Assembly: GCA_039683415.1 (NCBI GenBank)
Contig: JBDKRL010000006.1
Span: 273,827-337,826 of the forward strand
Reading direction: 5' to 3'
Length of the DNA: 64,000 nt
Source of the DNA: Clostridiaceae bacterium
GTDB taxonomy: Bacteria > Bacillota > Clostridia > Christensenellales > CAG-138
The translations under genes were made by a program, and so were the position numbers. Of this stretch, positions 18,897 through 28,674 are shown one piece after another (the first letter of the stretch is position 1; the number at the start of each line of letters is the position of its first letter). The notes beneath the pieces were generated by a model that ran no database searches, was not told where the DNA came from, and saw nothing but the letters and a program-made list of their open reading frames with translations.

Positions 18897-20048
18897 TTGG
18901 CTGACAAACGCGATTATTACGAAATATTGGGCGTTTCCAAAACCGCTACGGTGGAGGAGATCAAAAGCGCGTTCCGTAAGCGCGCAAAGGAATGCCACCC
19001 CGACCTGCATCCGGGCGACAAAAAGGCGGAAGCGGAATTCAAGGAGCTCAACGAAGCGGCGGAAGTGCTCGTGGATGCAGAAAAGCGCGCCAAGTACGAC
19101 CAGTACGGCCACGCGGCGTTCGATCCTTCCATGGGAGGACAGGATCCGTTCTCCGGCGGCGGCTTTGGCGGGTTCGGCGATTTGAGCGATATCCTTGGGC
19201 AGATGTTCGGCGGCGCGTTCTCCGGCGGCGGCTTTGGCGGATCGACTCGCAACGGCCCCGTTCCGGGCGAGGATTTGCGCTACAGCCTGACCATTACGTT
19301 TGAAGAAGCTGCGTTCGGCGCGGAAAAGGAGATTACGATTCCGCGCGAGGAAGCCTGCGAAACCTGCGGCGGCAGCGGCGCCAAACCCGGCACCGAGCCG
19401 ATCAAATGCAAAACCTGCAACGGCACGGGTCAGGTCCGCACCCAGCAGAACACGATTCTTGGCTCGTTTACGTCAACGCGCCCCTGCGCGGCCTGCCGCG
19501 GCACGGGCAAATTCATCAACGACCCCTGCCCGGACTGCCGGGGAGCGGGACGCGTCCGAAAAAACATCAAAAAGACGCTGAAGATTCCCGCCGGCATCGA
19601 CAACGGACAAACCCTGCGCTTGCCGGGCATGGGCAGCGCGGGTCACCGCGGCGGTCAGAACGGCGACCTCTACGTGACCATCGGCGTGCGCTCTCATAAG
19701 CAGTTTGTGCGCAAGGGCTTCGACCTGTATCTCGATATGCCGATTTCGTTCACCATGGCGGCGCTCGGCGGCAGCATCACGGTGCCGACGCTGAGAGAAA
19801 GCGTTAAATACACCATCCCCGCCGGAACGCAGACCGGTTCGACCTTCCGCCTCCGCGAGCAGGGCATCAAACACCTCAACGCAAACGGCATGGGTGATCT
19901 GCTGGTTACCGTGAAAGTGGATGTTCCCAAGCACCTGACAGAAGAGCAGAGGACGCTGCTGGAGCAGTACGCGGCAACGCTCGGCGAAAGCAGCGAAGGC
20001 AAGAACGGCAAAAAGACCGTTTTCAACCGTTCCAGCAATAAAAAATAA
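18897..20048 (+). CDS. dnaJ: Chaperone DnaJ
   Basis: J-domain HPD, G/F region, four CxxCxGxG repeats; TTG start. Confidence 0.98.
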   Translation: MADKRDYYEILGVSKTATVEEIKSAFRKRAKECHPDLHPGDKKAEAEFKELNEAAEVLVDAEKRAKYDQYGHAAFDPSMGGQDPFSGGGFGGFGDLSDILGQMFGGAFSGGGFGGSTRNGPVPGEDLRYSLTITFEEAAFGAEKEITIPREEACETCGGSGAKPGTEPIKCKTCNGTGQVRTQQNTILGSFTSTRPCAACRGTGKFINDPCPDCRGAGRVRKNIKKTLKIPAGIDNGQTLRLPGMGSAGHRGGQNGDLYVTIGVRSHKQFVRKGFDLYLDMPISFTMAALGGSITVPTLRESVKYTIPAGTQTGSTFRLREQGIKHLNANGMGDLLVTVKVDVPKHLTEEQRTLLEQYAATLGESSEGKNGKKTVFNRSSNKK

Positions 20049-20059
20049 GTGAAATCAAA

Positions 20060-20091
20060 AAAAACACCTCTCCAAGCGGAGAGGTGTTTTT
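20060..20091. terminator. Bidirectional terminator
   Basis: AAAAACACCTCTCC-aagc-GGAGAGGTGTTTTT. Confidence 0.88.
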
Positions 20092-20102
20092 ACGTTTTGG
20101 TT

Positions 20103-21257
20103 CTACGCTTCCGGGGGAACTGCAATCTCCGCGGATGCGCTCTCAAGCGCGCGCTTGCGGCTGCGCGTGAGGATGAAGTGCATGATCAGTGAAACAATTC
20201 CGCTGATAAGCAGGATGACGTAAAAGCTCACCATGCGCGAAAGCAGCATGGCGGGCACGATCAGCGCGCTTTGAAACAGCACGCGGAAAATCGTAACAAA
20301 CCCGCTCTCGCTTGCGCCCGCCGAACCGGGCAGCGGCAAAAAGCACACCGCTAGGTACAGCACCGATTGGAGCGCGATAAAGTCGATCATTCCGTAACCA
20401 CTCAGCCCGAACGCGCGGTAGATGAAATAGGGGATTACGAACTGCATCCCCAGCAGCACGATATAGGCAAAGAGCTCGCCTGCCAACAGCCAGGGATGCT
20501 GCCGGAAGACCTCCGCGCCCTGTTTATACAGCGCAATCTGCTTGTTGACGCGTGCCTGGATAGCGTCCGGCTTTTTGAGGATTTTCATCTTGGTCAAAAA
20601 ACGTATCGTCCAGCCGACGGCGCGGTTGACGAAATTCTGCGAAAACATCGCAAATACTAAAAACAGGATCAGCCCGATGTTGACGATGACGCCAAAGAGC
20701 AAAAACCAGAGGAACGCGCCGAGGTTATCGAGGATGAGCGCTGAGCGGAACGGAAACAACAGTGCGGGTATCAGCAGCACCACGATTTGATGCGAGGCAT
20801 TCACGAGCAAGAGCGAAAGAGACGCATAGCTGACTTCCACGCCGTAACCCAGCATGTAGTAGAGCTGCATCGGCTGACCTGCGGCGCCCGCGGGTGTGAT
20901 GGCAGTATAGTATTGACCGATAAACCCGAAACCGATGCTGCGAATGAGCGAAACGGGTTTGCCGTTGAGCGCGCGAAGGGAAATATGCAGCGCAATGCCG
21001 AACATCAGCGCCGCAATGAGAGAAGCGCCCAGCGCGCAGAGCAGCCAGAGCGGATCGGCGGACTTCAAAGCGCTCCAAACTTCGGCAATCGACGTGTCTC
21101 GCAGCGCAAAATACATGGCGCCCGCGATCAGCGCGAACAGAAAAACGGAACTCAGTATGCGCCAGCGCTTATTCGGCTTTTTCGTTTCGGTTTGCGTCGC
21201 ATCCAAGGCAGGAGCGGCATTCTCTGCGTGAACAGGTTCGGTTTGATTCATCTTCAT
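20103..21257 (-). CDS. Lysylphosphatidylglycerol synthase TM-domain / flippase-like protein
   Basis: Multi-TM; ITPAGAAGQP and PLPGSAGASE motifs; start placed at MKMNQ (uncertain). Confidence 0.85.
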   Translation of the reverse strand: MKMNQTEPVHAENAAPALDATQTETKKPNKRWRILSSVFLFALIAGAMYFALRDTSIAEVWSALKSADPLWLLCALGASLIAALMFGIALHISLRALNGKPVSLIRSIGFGFIGQYYTAITPAGAAGQPMQLYYMLGYGVEVSYASLSLLLVNASHQIVVLLIPALLFPFRSALILDNLGAFLWFLLFGVIVNIGLILFLVFAMFSQNFVNRAVGWTIRFLTKMKILKKPDAIQARVNKQIALYKQGAEVFRQHPWLLAGELFAYIVLLGMQFVIPYFIYRAFGLSGYGMIDFIALQSVLYLAVCFLPLPGSAGASESGFVTIFRVLFQSALIVPAMLLSRMVSFYVILLISGIVSLIMHFILTRSRKRALESASAEIAVPPEA

Positions 21258-21413
21258 GTGTTGTATCTTACTAGAGATAAGCAAAAAAAGCCATACGTAC
21301 GCGCCCGAGCAAACGTGAAAAAATGATGAACTCGGTAAAAAAGCGCGTCCGTTTGAAATGACGCGCAATTTTGCCCGCTTTCGGGGGCAGGAATCGGTTA
21401 TTCGGCGAAAACG

Positions 21414-21773
21414 CTAACCAATGCGGATGAGCGCCTGTTGTTTTTTAGTGAGGCTCGAAAGCGTGGTTTCATAGGCGTTGTCCAGCATCGACCGCGCCGT
21501 TTCATCCGGCACGCCGCTGTCGAGAAAGAGCGAACTCCAGTGGTTCTTATCGGAATAATAACCGGGAATCACATCGCCGGGATACTGCGCGCGCAGAATT
21601 TCGGAAAACGCCGGTTCCAGCTTGACGGTCATGAGCGCGCGCCCGTCTTTATACTCGCCGAGCATGAGGAAGATCTTTCCACCGACGCGGCAGAGGGTAG
21701 CGTTCCAGGCGGCTTTGAACTCCTGTTCGACGGCGGGCTTCTCCATGCAGTAGGGTATGATCCAGTCTCGCAT
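21414..21773 (-). CDS. MmcQ/YjbR family DNA-binding protein
   Basis: VGGKIF, TVKLEP, PGYYSDKNHWSS. Confidence 0.9.
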   Translation of the reverse strand: MRDWIIPYCMEKPAVEQEFKAAWNATLCRVGGKIFLMLGEYKDGRALMTVKLEPAFSEILRAQYPGDVIPGYYSDKNHWSSLFLDSGVPDETARSMLDNAYETTLSSLTKKQQALIRIG

Positions 21774-21814
21774 ACGATTTACCTCAACACGATTGATTTA
21801 GGGATGGTTGCGTC

Positions 21815-23011
21815 TTATACGTCCGCCGTAAAGAATGCCTGATGTCCGGCTGCGTCCGTAAACTGGACGACGGGGTCCTGGATTCCTTCCAGTGGAAAGA
21901 AGACCGGCAGCGTCGGCTGACAGTTCGTCAGTACGGGCCGAAAACATCCGTCTTTCGCGGTGCCGATTGCGGCATAGACGAGCGGATAATCACCGTCAAA
22001 CTCCGCCTGCTCCACAGAGAGCTGCAGCTTCCCGCGATGGGTCACGGTACGCGCGGCAAAGCGAGCCTCCGTTTCGTCCGCGGGGAAATCGATCTCTAGC
22101 TCGTGCTCGCCTTCGAGCAGCGAGATTGCGCTGGCGGCCTGCAGCTGACGCGCGCGCAGCAGATACAGCGCAAACGGCGAAGCGTCCACCGTTAAGAATC
22201 GTCTGCCGAGTTTGCTCGCGGCGGCGGCGGTCGTGCCGCTGCCGGAAAACAAATCGCAAACCAAATCGCCCGGGCGGGAGGAAGCGAGGATGACGCGGCT
22301 GAGCAGTGCTTCGGGCTTTTGTGTGGCGTAGCCTACGCGCTCTTTATCTTTTTGCTGCAGGTGTTCAATATCGTCCCAGACATCGCTGGGGTAGACGGGA
22401 GTATCTTCAAAATAGGTATAGATCTTGCCGGCCGAACGGATGGTAAAGCAGATTCTGCCTTCCTCGTCGATGAACCTGCGCATGTGGTTGCGCTGCTCCG
22501 GCCCGCGCGGACGCCCGACCGCCTGAATATTGAAATACACGTTCGCGGTTTTGCGGTAAAACAGAATCGTATCGTGCTTGCGCGGGTAATAACGCGTGCT
22601 TCTTCCGCCGGATTTATAGCACCAGATGATCTCGTTCATAAAGTGCTCCGCACCGAAGATTTCATCCATCAGCAGCCGGAGCTTGGCGCTCATGCGGTAG
22701 TCGATATGCAGGTAGATCGACCCGGTGTCGCTGAGCAGTTCCCGCGCGCCGGTTAAAACCGACCTCATCCAAAGCAGGTAGTCCGCCTCGCGCATCTTGT
22801 CGGAATAGGCGGGAAGGCTGATGCTTCGCTTTCCGGCGGTCAGCTTGACATGGAACGTATCTCCCGTGCCGAACGGCGGGTCAAGGTAAATGACCTGCAC
22901 GCTGCCCGCGTATTCGTTCGTGAGCATAGCAAGCGCGTCTTCCGCGCGCGAAAGGACAAACCGTCCCGGTCCGCCGCAGCCATGCAGCTCTTCGGTGCAG
23001 TGAACGCGCAT
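21815..23011 (-). CDS. Orphan N6-adenine/N4-cytosine DNA methyltransferase (beta-class motif order)
   Basis: IYLDPPF before YATQKPEALL and DLFSGSGTT; ATG 23011 with GGAGGGG RBS. Confidence 0.9.
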   Translation of the reverse strand: MRVHCTEELHGCGGPGRFVLSRAEDALAMLTNEYAGSVQVIYLDPPFGTGDTFHVKLTAGKRSISLPAYSDKMREADYLLWMRSVLTGARELLSDTGSIYLHIDYRMSAKLRLLMDEIFGAEHFMNEIIWCYKSGGRSTRYYPRKHDTILFYRKTANVYFNIQAVGRPRGPEQRNHMRRFIDEEGRICFTIRSAGKIYTYFEDTPVYPSDVWDDIEHLQQKDKERVGYATQKPEALLSRVILASSRPGDLVCDLFSGSGTTAAAASKLGRRFLTVDASPFALYLLRARQLQAASAISLLEGEHELEIDFPADETEARFAARTVTHRGKLQLSVEQAEFDGDYPLVYAAIGTAKDGCFRPVLTNCQPTLPVFFPLEGIQDPVVQFTDAAGHQAFFTADV

Positions 23012-23031
23012 TGCGACCCCTCCGTTATCAT

Positions 23032-23069
23032 CAAGTTGTTTAGAAATCGGCAAGTTATTTAGAAATCGG
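23032..23069. repeat. 19-bp tandem repeat x2 upstream of the methyltransferase
   Basis: CAAGTTGTTTAGAAATCGG / CAAGTTATTTAGAAATCGG. Confidence 0.92.
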
Positions 23070-23098
23070 TGTGGAAGAAAGAACGGGAATACAGCGGA

Positions 23099-23752
23099 TC
23101 AGTCGTTTGGCCGGAACCCCGCCGCGATGGCGACGTGAGACTCCATATACTCCTTAGCGGCGGGTGCATCGTGGTTTTCGAGCGCATAGTAAATTTTCAG
23201 ATGTTCCGAGAGCGAGCAGGCGGCGCGTTCCGGCAGCGTCAGCGAACCCTGACGCGCTTTGCGGATATTGTGGTGCAGCGAGGCGAGAATATGCCGTATC
23301 GTGCGGCTGCCGCTGGCTTCGTAGACGATTTCGTGAAAACGCGTATCGAGCCGGACAAGATGCTCCACGTCGTTTTTTTGCGTGTAGAACTCCATGAGCT
23401 CCACGACGTCTTTGAGCTCGCCGAGCAGTTCGTCCGAAATGCGCTCCGCCGCCCAGTAGGCTGCCTGGCCTTCCAGCAGATGGCGGATAGTGGAGACGTC
23501 CTGATAATCCTCGCTGGAAAAGCCTTTCACGACCACGCCGCGGTTCGGGTGGGAGGCCACGAGGTCTTCCAGTTCGAGCTGCTTGAGCGCTTCGCGCACG
23601 GGCGTGCGGCTGACTCCGAGCTCCTCGGCAATTTTCATTTCGACGAGGCAGTCACCCGTTTGATATTTGCCTTCGGCGATACCGTCGCGAAGGCTCCGAT
23701 AGACTTTTTCCGATAGAGAAGAATAGTCCTTGGAATCGTAAAAACCGGCCAT
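23099..23752 (-). CDS. GntR family regulator (FadR/FCD subfamily)
   Basis: LGVSRTPVREAL HTH; DTRFH and SEHLKI in the FCD domain; start after AAGGAAGT RBS. Confidence 0.92.
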   Translation of the reverse strand: MAGFYDSKDYSSLSEKVYRSLRDGIAEGKYQTGDCLVEMKIAEELGVSRTPVREALKQLELEDLVASHPNRGVVVKGFSSEDYQDVSTIRHLLEGQAAYWAAERISDELLGELKDVVELMEFYTQKNDVEHLVRLDTRFHEIVYEASGSRTIRHILASLHHNIRKARQGSLTLPERAACSLSEHLKIYYALENHDAPAAKEYMESHVAIAAGFRPND

Positions 23753-23805
23753 AAAGGTCACTTCCTTACCGCTAGTGTACAGGCAATCCAAAAGAATTAC
23801 AAGCG

Positions 23806-23817
23806 TTTGTATACAAA
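23806..23817. promoter_or_regulatory. Putative GntR/FadR operator
   Basis: Perfect palindrome TTTGTATACAAA upstream of gntR, with related TGTACA sites nearby. Confidence 0.6.
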
Positions 23818-24025
23818 TATACAATCGACAGATTTTGTACAATTTGAGAGCAAGTTAATTCCTTTGACTACGACCGGTTTTGCCGATAAAAGCGGCAAAC
23901 AGCGCGGAATGCCGCAAAGATGACGCAAATGATTCACGCCGGGGTAACACCCGGAGGGCATTGCTTATTTACAGGAATCATTTCGACTGGTATAATTTTC
24001 CGTATACAAGAATGGAGGTGTGCAT

Positions 24026-24511
24026 ATGTCCGAAGAAAAAAAGACCGGCACCGAAGTTTCCGCCGAAACGAATGACGGAGGCCGAATCGTATTTGCTGAC
24101 GACGTCGTAGCGACCATCGCAGGACTTGCCGTTGCGGACGTGGAAGGTGTTTCCGCCCTCAGCGGAGGCGTTGTGGAAGGCATCACCGAAATGCTCGGCA
24201 AAAAGAACATGACCAAGGGCGTAAAAGTGGAAGTCGGTTCGGAAGAAGCCGCCGTCGACGTATCCGTTATCGTCAAATACGGTTTCAAAATCAAGGAAGT
24301 CTGCGAAAAGATTCAGGTTGCCGTGAAAAACGCCATTGAGACCATGACCGGGCTGAAGGTTGTGGAGATCAACGTGTTCGTTCAGAGCATCGCGTTCGAA
24401 CCCAGCGAAACGGTATTGCCGCGCGCCGAAAAACGCAAGGCAGCCAAGGAAGAAGCGGCGGAAGCGAAAAAAGCGGCCGCGCCACAGCCGGAACCCCCGC
24501 GCGTCAAGTAA
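24026..24511 (+). CDS. Asp23/Gls24 family protein
   Basis: ADDVVATIAGLA, KGVKVEV, IETMTGLKV; GGAGG RBS. Confidence 0.93.
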   Translation: MSEEKKTGTEVSAETNDGGRIVFADDVVATIAGLAVADVEGVSALSGGVVEGITEMLGKKNMTKGVKVEVGSEEAAVDVSVIVKYGFKIKEVCEKIQVAVKNAIETMTGLKVVEINVFVQSIAFEPSETVLPRAEKRKAAKEEAAEAKKAAAPQPEPPRVK

Positions 24512-24752
24512 AAAGGCACGCAAATAAAAAGAACAAGCAAACAACACCGTAGTCAAGAGCGCGGGCGGAGGAAAGTCCGCCCGCTTTACAAGAAGAGACA
24601 ACGCTGCCGCAGCACGGTTTTTGAGTAAACAGACCGCTTGAATGCGGTGAACAACAGCTGCGGCATGTCGATTAAAGCAAATTCTGTATGAGAGCGGCGA
24701 ACAGACGGAAAGAATATCTCCGCCGCGCCGATTAAAAAAAGGGGTTATCGCA

Positions 24753-25322
24753 ATGAAACTGAAATGGTTCGACCGGTTGTTATTGGGCATTCTCTTAATC
24801 GTCGCCATCGTCGCGTCGTTTGTGCTCTTCGGCATGGCGGCAAACCTCATCCAGGAAAGCGTCGTCATGAACTTTATCGCGCTGTTCTACATGTATAAAG
24901 AAAACGCGCTGATCCTCGCGGGCAGCGGGCTCGTGCTGCTGCTCATCGCAATCCGGCTCCTGTTTGCCGGCAAAGGCAAAAAGGCCGAAGTGCGCCCGGC
25001 TTCCGCACTGATGAAGCAAACGGAGTTCGGCGGCACGTTTATCACGCTGGAAGCGCTGGACGCAATGATTCAGAAGCACTGCCGCACGCAACAGCGCGTC
25101 AAGGACTGCCATACCACGCTGCACTCTTCCGAAGCGGGCGTTACGGTAGGCATCCGCCTTGCGGTGCTGCCGGATACGGACGTCGTTACCCTCTCTGCCG
25201 AACTGCAGAAAACGCTCAAGGAGTATGTTGAGAGCCTGACGGGCATTCATGTCAGCGAGATTGGTATTCTGGTCGAAAGCACGGCGGTTCCGGCAACGGC
25301 AAGCGTCGCGCGCGTCGATTAA
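24753..25322 (+). CDS. amaP: Alkaline shock response membrane anchor AmaP
   Basis: Two N-terminal TMs plus an Asp23-like domain; asp23-amaP-DUF2273-nusB order. Confidence 0.85.
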   Translation: MKLKWFDRLLLGILLIVAIVASFVLFGMAANLIQESVVMNFIALFYMYKENALILAGSGLVLLLIAIRLLFAGKGKKAEVRPASALMKQTEFGGTFITLEALDAMIQKHCRTQQRVKDCHTTLHSSEAGVTVGIRLAVLPDTDVVTLSAELQKTLKEYVESLTGIHVSEIGILVESTAVPATASVARVD

Positions 25323-25332
25323 GGAGGAAACC

Positions 25333-25563
25333 ATGAACGGCTCTTTTCTCGAATTTGTTAAGGAACACAAGTTCACGATCCTGCTGGTGCTGATTGGCTT
25401 GATCCTTTCGATTTTGTTCTTCACCATCGGCTTTTGGCGCACGATCCTTTTAATACTCATCCTCACACTTTGCTTTTTCATGGGCTTTTTGCTGGATAAA
25501 GGCGGACTGGAAGGAATGAAAGAGTTTTTTAACAAGCTGTTTAAAAACAACAAAACCGTTTGA
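25333..25563 (+). CDS. DUF2273 family small membrane protein
   Basis: AAGGAGG RBS; IGFWRTILLI...GFLLD pattern; gene order. Confidence 0.85.
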   Translation: MNGSFLEFVKEHKFTILLVLIGLILSILFFTIGFWRTILLILILTLCFFMGFLLDKGGLEGMKEFFNKLFKNNKTV

Positions 25564-25650
25564 CGCTAGTATTTGTTTAAAAAACTGTTTAAAAAAACAA
25601 AAAGTTTGACGCCAGTATTTGTTTTTAAAAATCTGTTTACAAAACGCAAG
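25537..25650 (+). repeat. 48-bp-period decaying triplication of the DUF2273 3' end
   Basis: CTGTTTA at 25537, 25585 and 25633; GTTTGACGCyAGTATTTGTTT in the first two copies. Confidence 0.85.
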
Positions 25651-25737
25651 CAGACGTAATACAATGCAGCGCGGGTAAAGCGGCAATTGCTATACGGCGT
25701 TCGCCGTTTTCAGACTACAAGTTAAGGAAACGATTGC

Positions 25738-26157
25738 ATGAGCAGAACAAGCGCGCGAGAAGTCGCGATGATGATGGAATTTTCCCGCATGCTCGGCGGA
25801 GAGGATACGCCCGAACGCGTTTGCGAAAAAGCCGACGAAATCGGCGAAGGCGCACTGGACGCGGACGACGTGTTGTATGTTGAGCAAATCATCGGCGGCG
25901 TAGGCGCACATCAGCAGGAACTCGACGAGCTGGTTTCCAAATATTCCGTGGATTGGGCCATTGACCGGATCGCGCGCGTGGATTTAAGCATCCTGCGCGT
26001 GGCGATTTACGAAATGCTCTACCGCAAGGAAGACGTGCCCGCGGGCGCCGCCATCAACGAGGCGGTCGAGCTGGCCAAACGGTACGGCGGCGAGCGCTCC
26101 TATGCGTTTATCAACGGCATTCTGGGCAGCGTCGCAAAAGAACTCGCCGTAACATGA
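25738..26157 (+). CDS. nusB: Transcription antitermination factor NusB
   Basis: VDLSILRVAIYE, AINEAVELAKRYG, FINGILG. Confidence 0.96.
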   Translation: MSRTSAREVAMMMEFSRMLGGEDTPERVCEKADEIGEGALDADDVLYVEQIIGGVGAHQQELDELVSKYSVDWAIDRIARVDLSILRVAIYEMLYRKEDVPAGAAINEAVELAKRYGGERSYAFINGILGSVAKELAVT

Positions 26158-27110
26158 GCCGTTATTTCTTGGGCGTCGATACCAGCTGCTATACGACGTC
26201 GGTTTGTTGTGTTTCCCACGAAGGCATCGTTTTCGAACGGAGAACGATGCTTTCTGTGCCGTTGGGCGAACGCGGGCTGAGGCAGTCCGACGGGGTATTC
26301 CAGCATGTGAGGAACCTTCCTCCGCTGATCGAAGAACTGCTGGGCGCGATCGACAAAAGCGCCGTTAGCGCCGTCGCGGTGAGTGCAAAGCCGACTGCGG
26401 AAGAGGACTCCTACATGCCGGTGTTCCTGGCGGGCAGGCTCGCGGCGGTTTCCGTTGCCGCTTCCCTCGGCGTGCCATTACTGGAAACGACGCATCAGGC
26501 CGGGCATATCCGCGCCGCGATGCTGGATAACGAATCCGAATTCCGGCAAGGTGAACCGTTTCTTGCCATGCACCTTTCCGGCGGCACGACGGATTTGCTC
26601 TCCGTCCGGCTGGAAAACGGTACGGTCGGCGCGATTGAACGCATTGGCGGATGCGACGACCTCCACGCGGGGCAGTTCGTGGATCGCGTCGGGGTCAAAA
26701 TGGGTCTGCCGTTTCCGAGCGGGAGCGGGCTGGAACAGCTTGCGCGCGCAGCAAAGAAGCGCGACATCCGCCTGCCTTCGAGCGTTAAAGGCATGACCTG
26801 CTCGTTCTCCGGTCAGGAAACGCAGTCTCAACGCCTGCTCGAACGCGGGGAACAGGCCGAAGAAGTCGCCTATGCGGTATACGACTGCATGGCGCGGACT
26901 TTTTCCAAGATGCTGCTCAACGCCATGGAACAGACCGGCTGCCAAACCGCGCTGCTCTCCGGCGGCGTTTCCGGAAGCCTTTTGCTGCGGGAACTGCTCG
27001 CCGAACGAACGGGAAAGAAACTTTTATTCGCAGGGGCGGGACGCTCAAGCGACAACGCCATCGGCACGGCGCTGCTGGCGCGGGACCGTTACGGTTCGAC
27101 CGAGCAATAA
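26154..27110 (+). CDS. TsaD/Kae1-like ASKHA protein (paralogue)
   Basis: GVDTSCYTTS, FQHVRNL, HQAGH, HLSGGTT, SGGV, SDNAIG. Confidence 0.85.
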   Translation: MSRYFLGVDTSCYTTSVCCVSHEGIVFERRTMLSVPLGERGLRQSDGVFQHVRNLPPLIEELLGAIDKSAVSAVAVSAKPTAEEDSYMPVFLAGRLAAVSVAASLGVPLLETTHQAGHIRAAMLDNESEFRQGEPFLAMHLSGGTTDLLSVRLENGTVGAIERIGGCDDLHAGQFVDRVGVKMGLPFPSGSGLEQLARAAKKRDIRLPSSVKGMTCSFSGQETQSQRLLERGEQAEEVAYAVYDCMARTFSKMLLNAMEQTGCQTALLSGGVSGSLLLRELLAERTGKKLLFAGAGRSSDNAIGTALLARDRYGSTEQ

Positions 27111-27157
27111 AAACGCTCAGTTCAGTAAAGATAGTTTTAGTGGGGGGAGGGGATCGC

Positions 27158-28375
27158 ATGGAGCAGACGCTTATTCCGGTATTCAGCGTCAGCGAACTCA
27201 ACGAATACGTCGCCACTTTGCTCACTGCCGATCCGAACCTCTGCGAAATTCGCGTCAGCGGCGAAATCAGCGGATTCAAGCGGCATACGTCCGGGCACTT
27301 GTATTTCTCACTCAAGGACGAGAACGCACTGGTGCGCTGCGTGATGTTTCGCCAGCAGGCCATGCGCCTTTCGTTCAACCCGCAGGACGGCATGCGCGTG
27401 GTGCTGATGGGGCGCGCGTCGCTTTATGAAAAGGACGGAACGTTCCAGCTCTACGCCAACTACCTCAAAAAGAGCGGGGAAGGCGAGCTGTTCGCCAAGT
27501 TTCTCGCGCTCAAAGCCGAGCTGGAGAAAAAAGGCTATTTTGATCCGGAGCGCAAGCGACCGATTCCGTTTCTGCCAAGGCGCGTCGGCGTCGTCACCAG
27601 CGAAACGGGCGCTGCAGTGCAGGATATCGTCAACATCATCCGCAGGCGCTTTCCGCGCATGCCCATCGTGCTGGCGCCCGTCAGGGTGCAGGGACAGGGC
27701 GCGTCCGCGGAGATTGCGCGCGCGATCGATCAAATGAACGAAGCAAACGCGGCGGATGTGCTGATCGTCGGCCGAGGCGGCGGCAGCATGGAAGACCTTT
27801 GGGCGTTCAACGAGCCGGAGGTTGCCGAGGCGATTATTAACAGCCGCATTCCGATTGTCAGCGCGGTGGGGCACGAAACGGACTTTACCATTGCCGATTT
27901 TGCGGCGGACCTTCGCGCGCCGACGCCTTCCGCCGCGGCGGAACTCTGCGTGCCGGAGATGAGCGCCTGTTACGACGCCGTCCAATCGCTTGTCGATCGG
28001 ATGCGCCGCTCGCTGACCGCTTCGCTGGCGCACATGCGTTCGAACGTGCGGTTGTTTGCTTCCTCCAGCGCATTTCGGCTGCTGGAGCGCAAGGTGCGCG
28101 ATTCCAGCCAGACGCTCGATCTTGCGCGGGAACGCGCGTTTCGCGCGGCCATGGAGCGCGCGAGACGGGAACGCGCCAATCTCGAAACGATGCGGGCAAA
28201 GCTCACGGCGCTCGGCCCCGGCGCGGTGCTGGAACGCGGGTATGCCATCCTGACGGACAGTGCCGGAAAGACCATCACCGGCGTGAATGCGCTTCACCCA
28301 AAGGACACGGTCGGCATCCGCATGCGCGACGGCACGGCGGAGGCGAACATCGAACGGGTCGAACAGGACGCCTGA
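27158..28375 (+). CDS. xseA: Exodeoxyribonuclease VII large subunit
   Basis: SGHLYFSLKD, RGGGSMEDLWAFN, GHETD, APTPSAAAE. Confidence 0.97.
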   Translation: MEQTLIPVFSVSELNEYVATLLTADPNLCEIRVSGEISGFKRHTSGHLYFSLKDENALVRCVMFRQQAMRLSFNPQDGMRVVLMGRASLYEKDGTFQLYANYLKKSGEGELFAKFLALKAELEKKGYFDPERKRPIPFLPRRVGVVTSETGAAVQDIVNIIRRRFPRMPIVLAPVRVQGQGASAEIARAIDQMNEANAADVLIVGRGGGSMEDLWAFNEPEVAEAIINSRIPIVSAVGHETDFTIADFAADLRAPTPSAAAELCVPEMSACYDAVQSLVDRMRRSLTASLAHMRSNVRLFASSSAFRLLERKVRDSSQTLDLARERAFRAAMERARRERANLETMRAKLTALGPGAVLERGYAILTDSAGKTITGVNALHPKDTVGIRMRDGTAEANIERVEQDA

Positions 28376-28464
28376 TCGTCCGCGGCGATGATAACGAAAC
28401 AGAACACAAAACAGTTTTGATACGCGCACTCCGGCAGCGGAGCCGCGTGGCGGGGAGGGAAAGC

Positions 28465-28674
28465 ATGGAACAGCCATTGCGCTTTGAAGACGCGATGCAG
28501 AAACTTTCGGGCATCGTCGATCATCTCGAAAGCGGCGAAGGTTCGCTCGACGAGATGATCCGCCTCTATGAAGAGGGCATGCGGCTTGTCAAAGCCTGCG
28601 AAACGCAGCTGGACGCTTACGAAGCGACCATCACCAAGCTCAATGCAAACGCGGGAGGCGGCGAAGATGCTTAG
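28465..28674 (+). CDS. xseB: Exodeoxyribonuclease VII small subunit
   Basis: FEDAMQKL...LESGE.SLDE...YEEG. Confidence 0.93.
   Translation: MEQPLRFEDAMQKLSGIVDHLESGEGSLDEMIRLYEEGMRLVKACETQLDAYEATITKLNANAGGGEDA

Noticed and set aside
23890-23935. GGCAAAC...GACGCAAA resembling a c-di-GMP-I riboswitch
   Set aside because: No GAAA-capped P2 stem or P3 receptor helix could be formed.
24568-24578. GAGGAAAGTCC, the RNase P RNA 5' signature
   Set aside because: It lies within a simple hairpin, the spacer is only about 240 nt, and no matching 3' ACAGAA...GCTTA element was seen.
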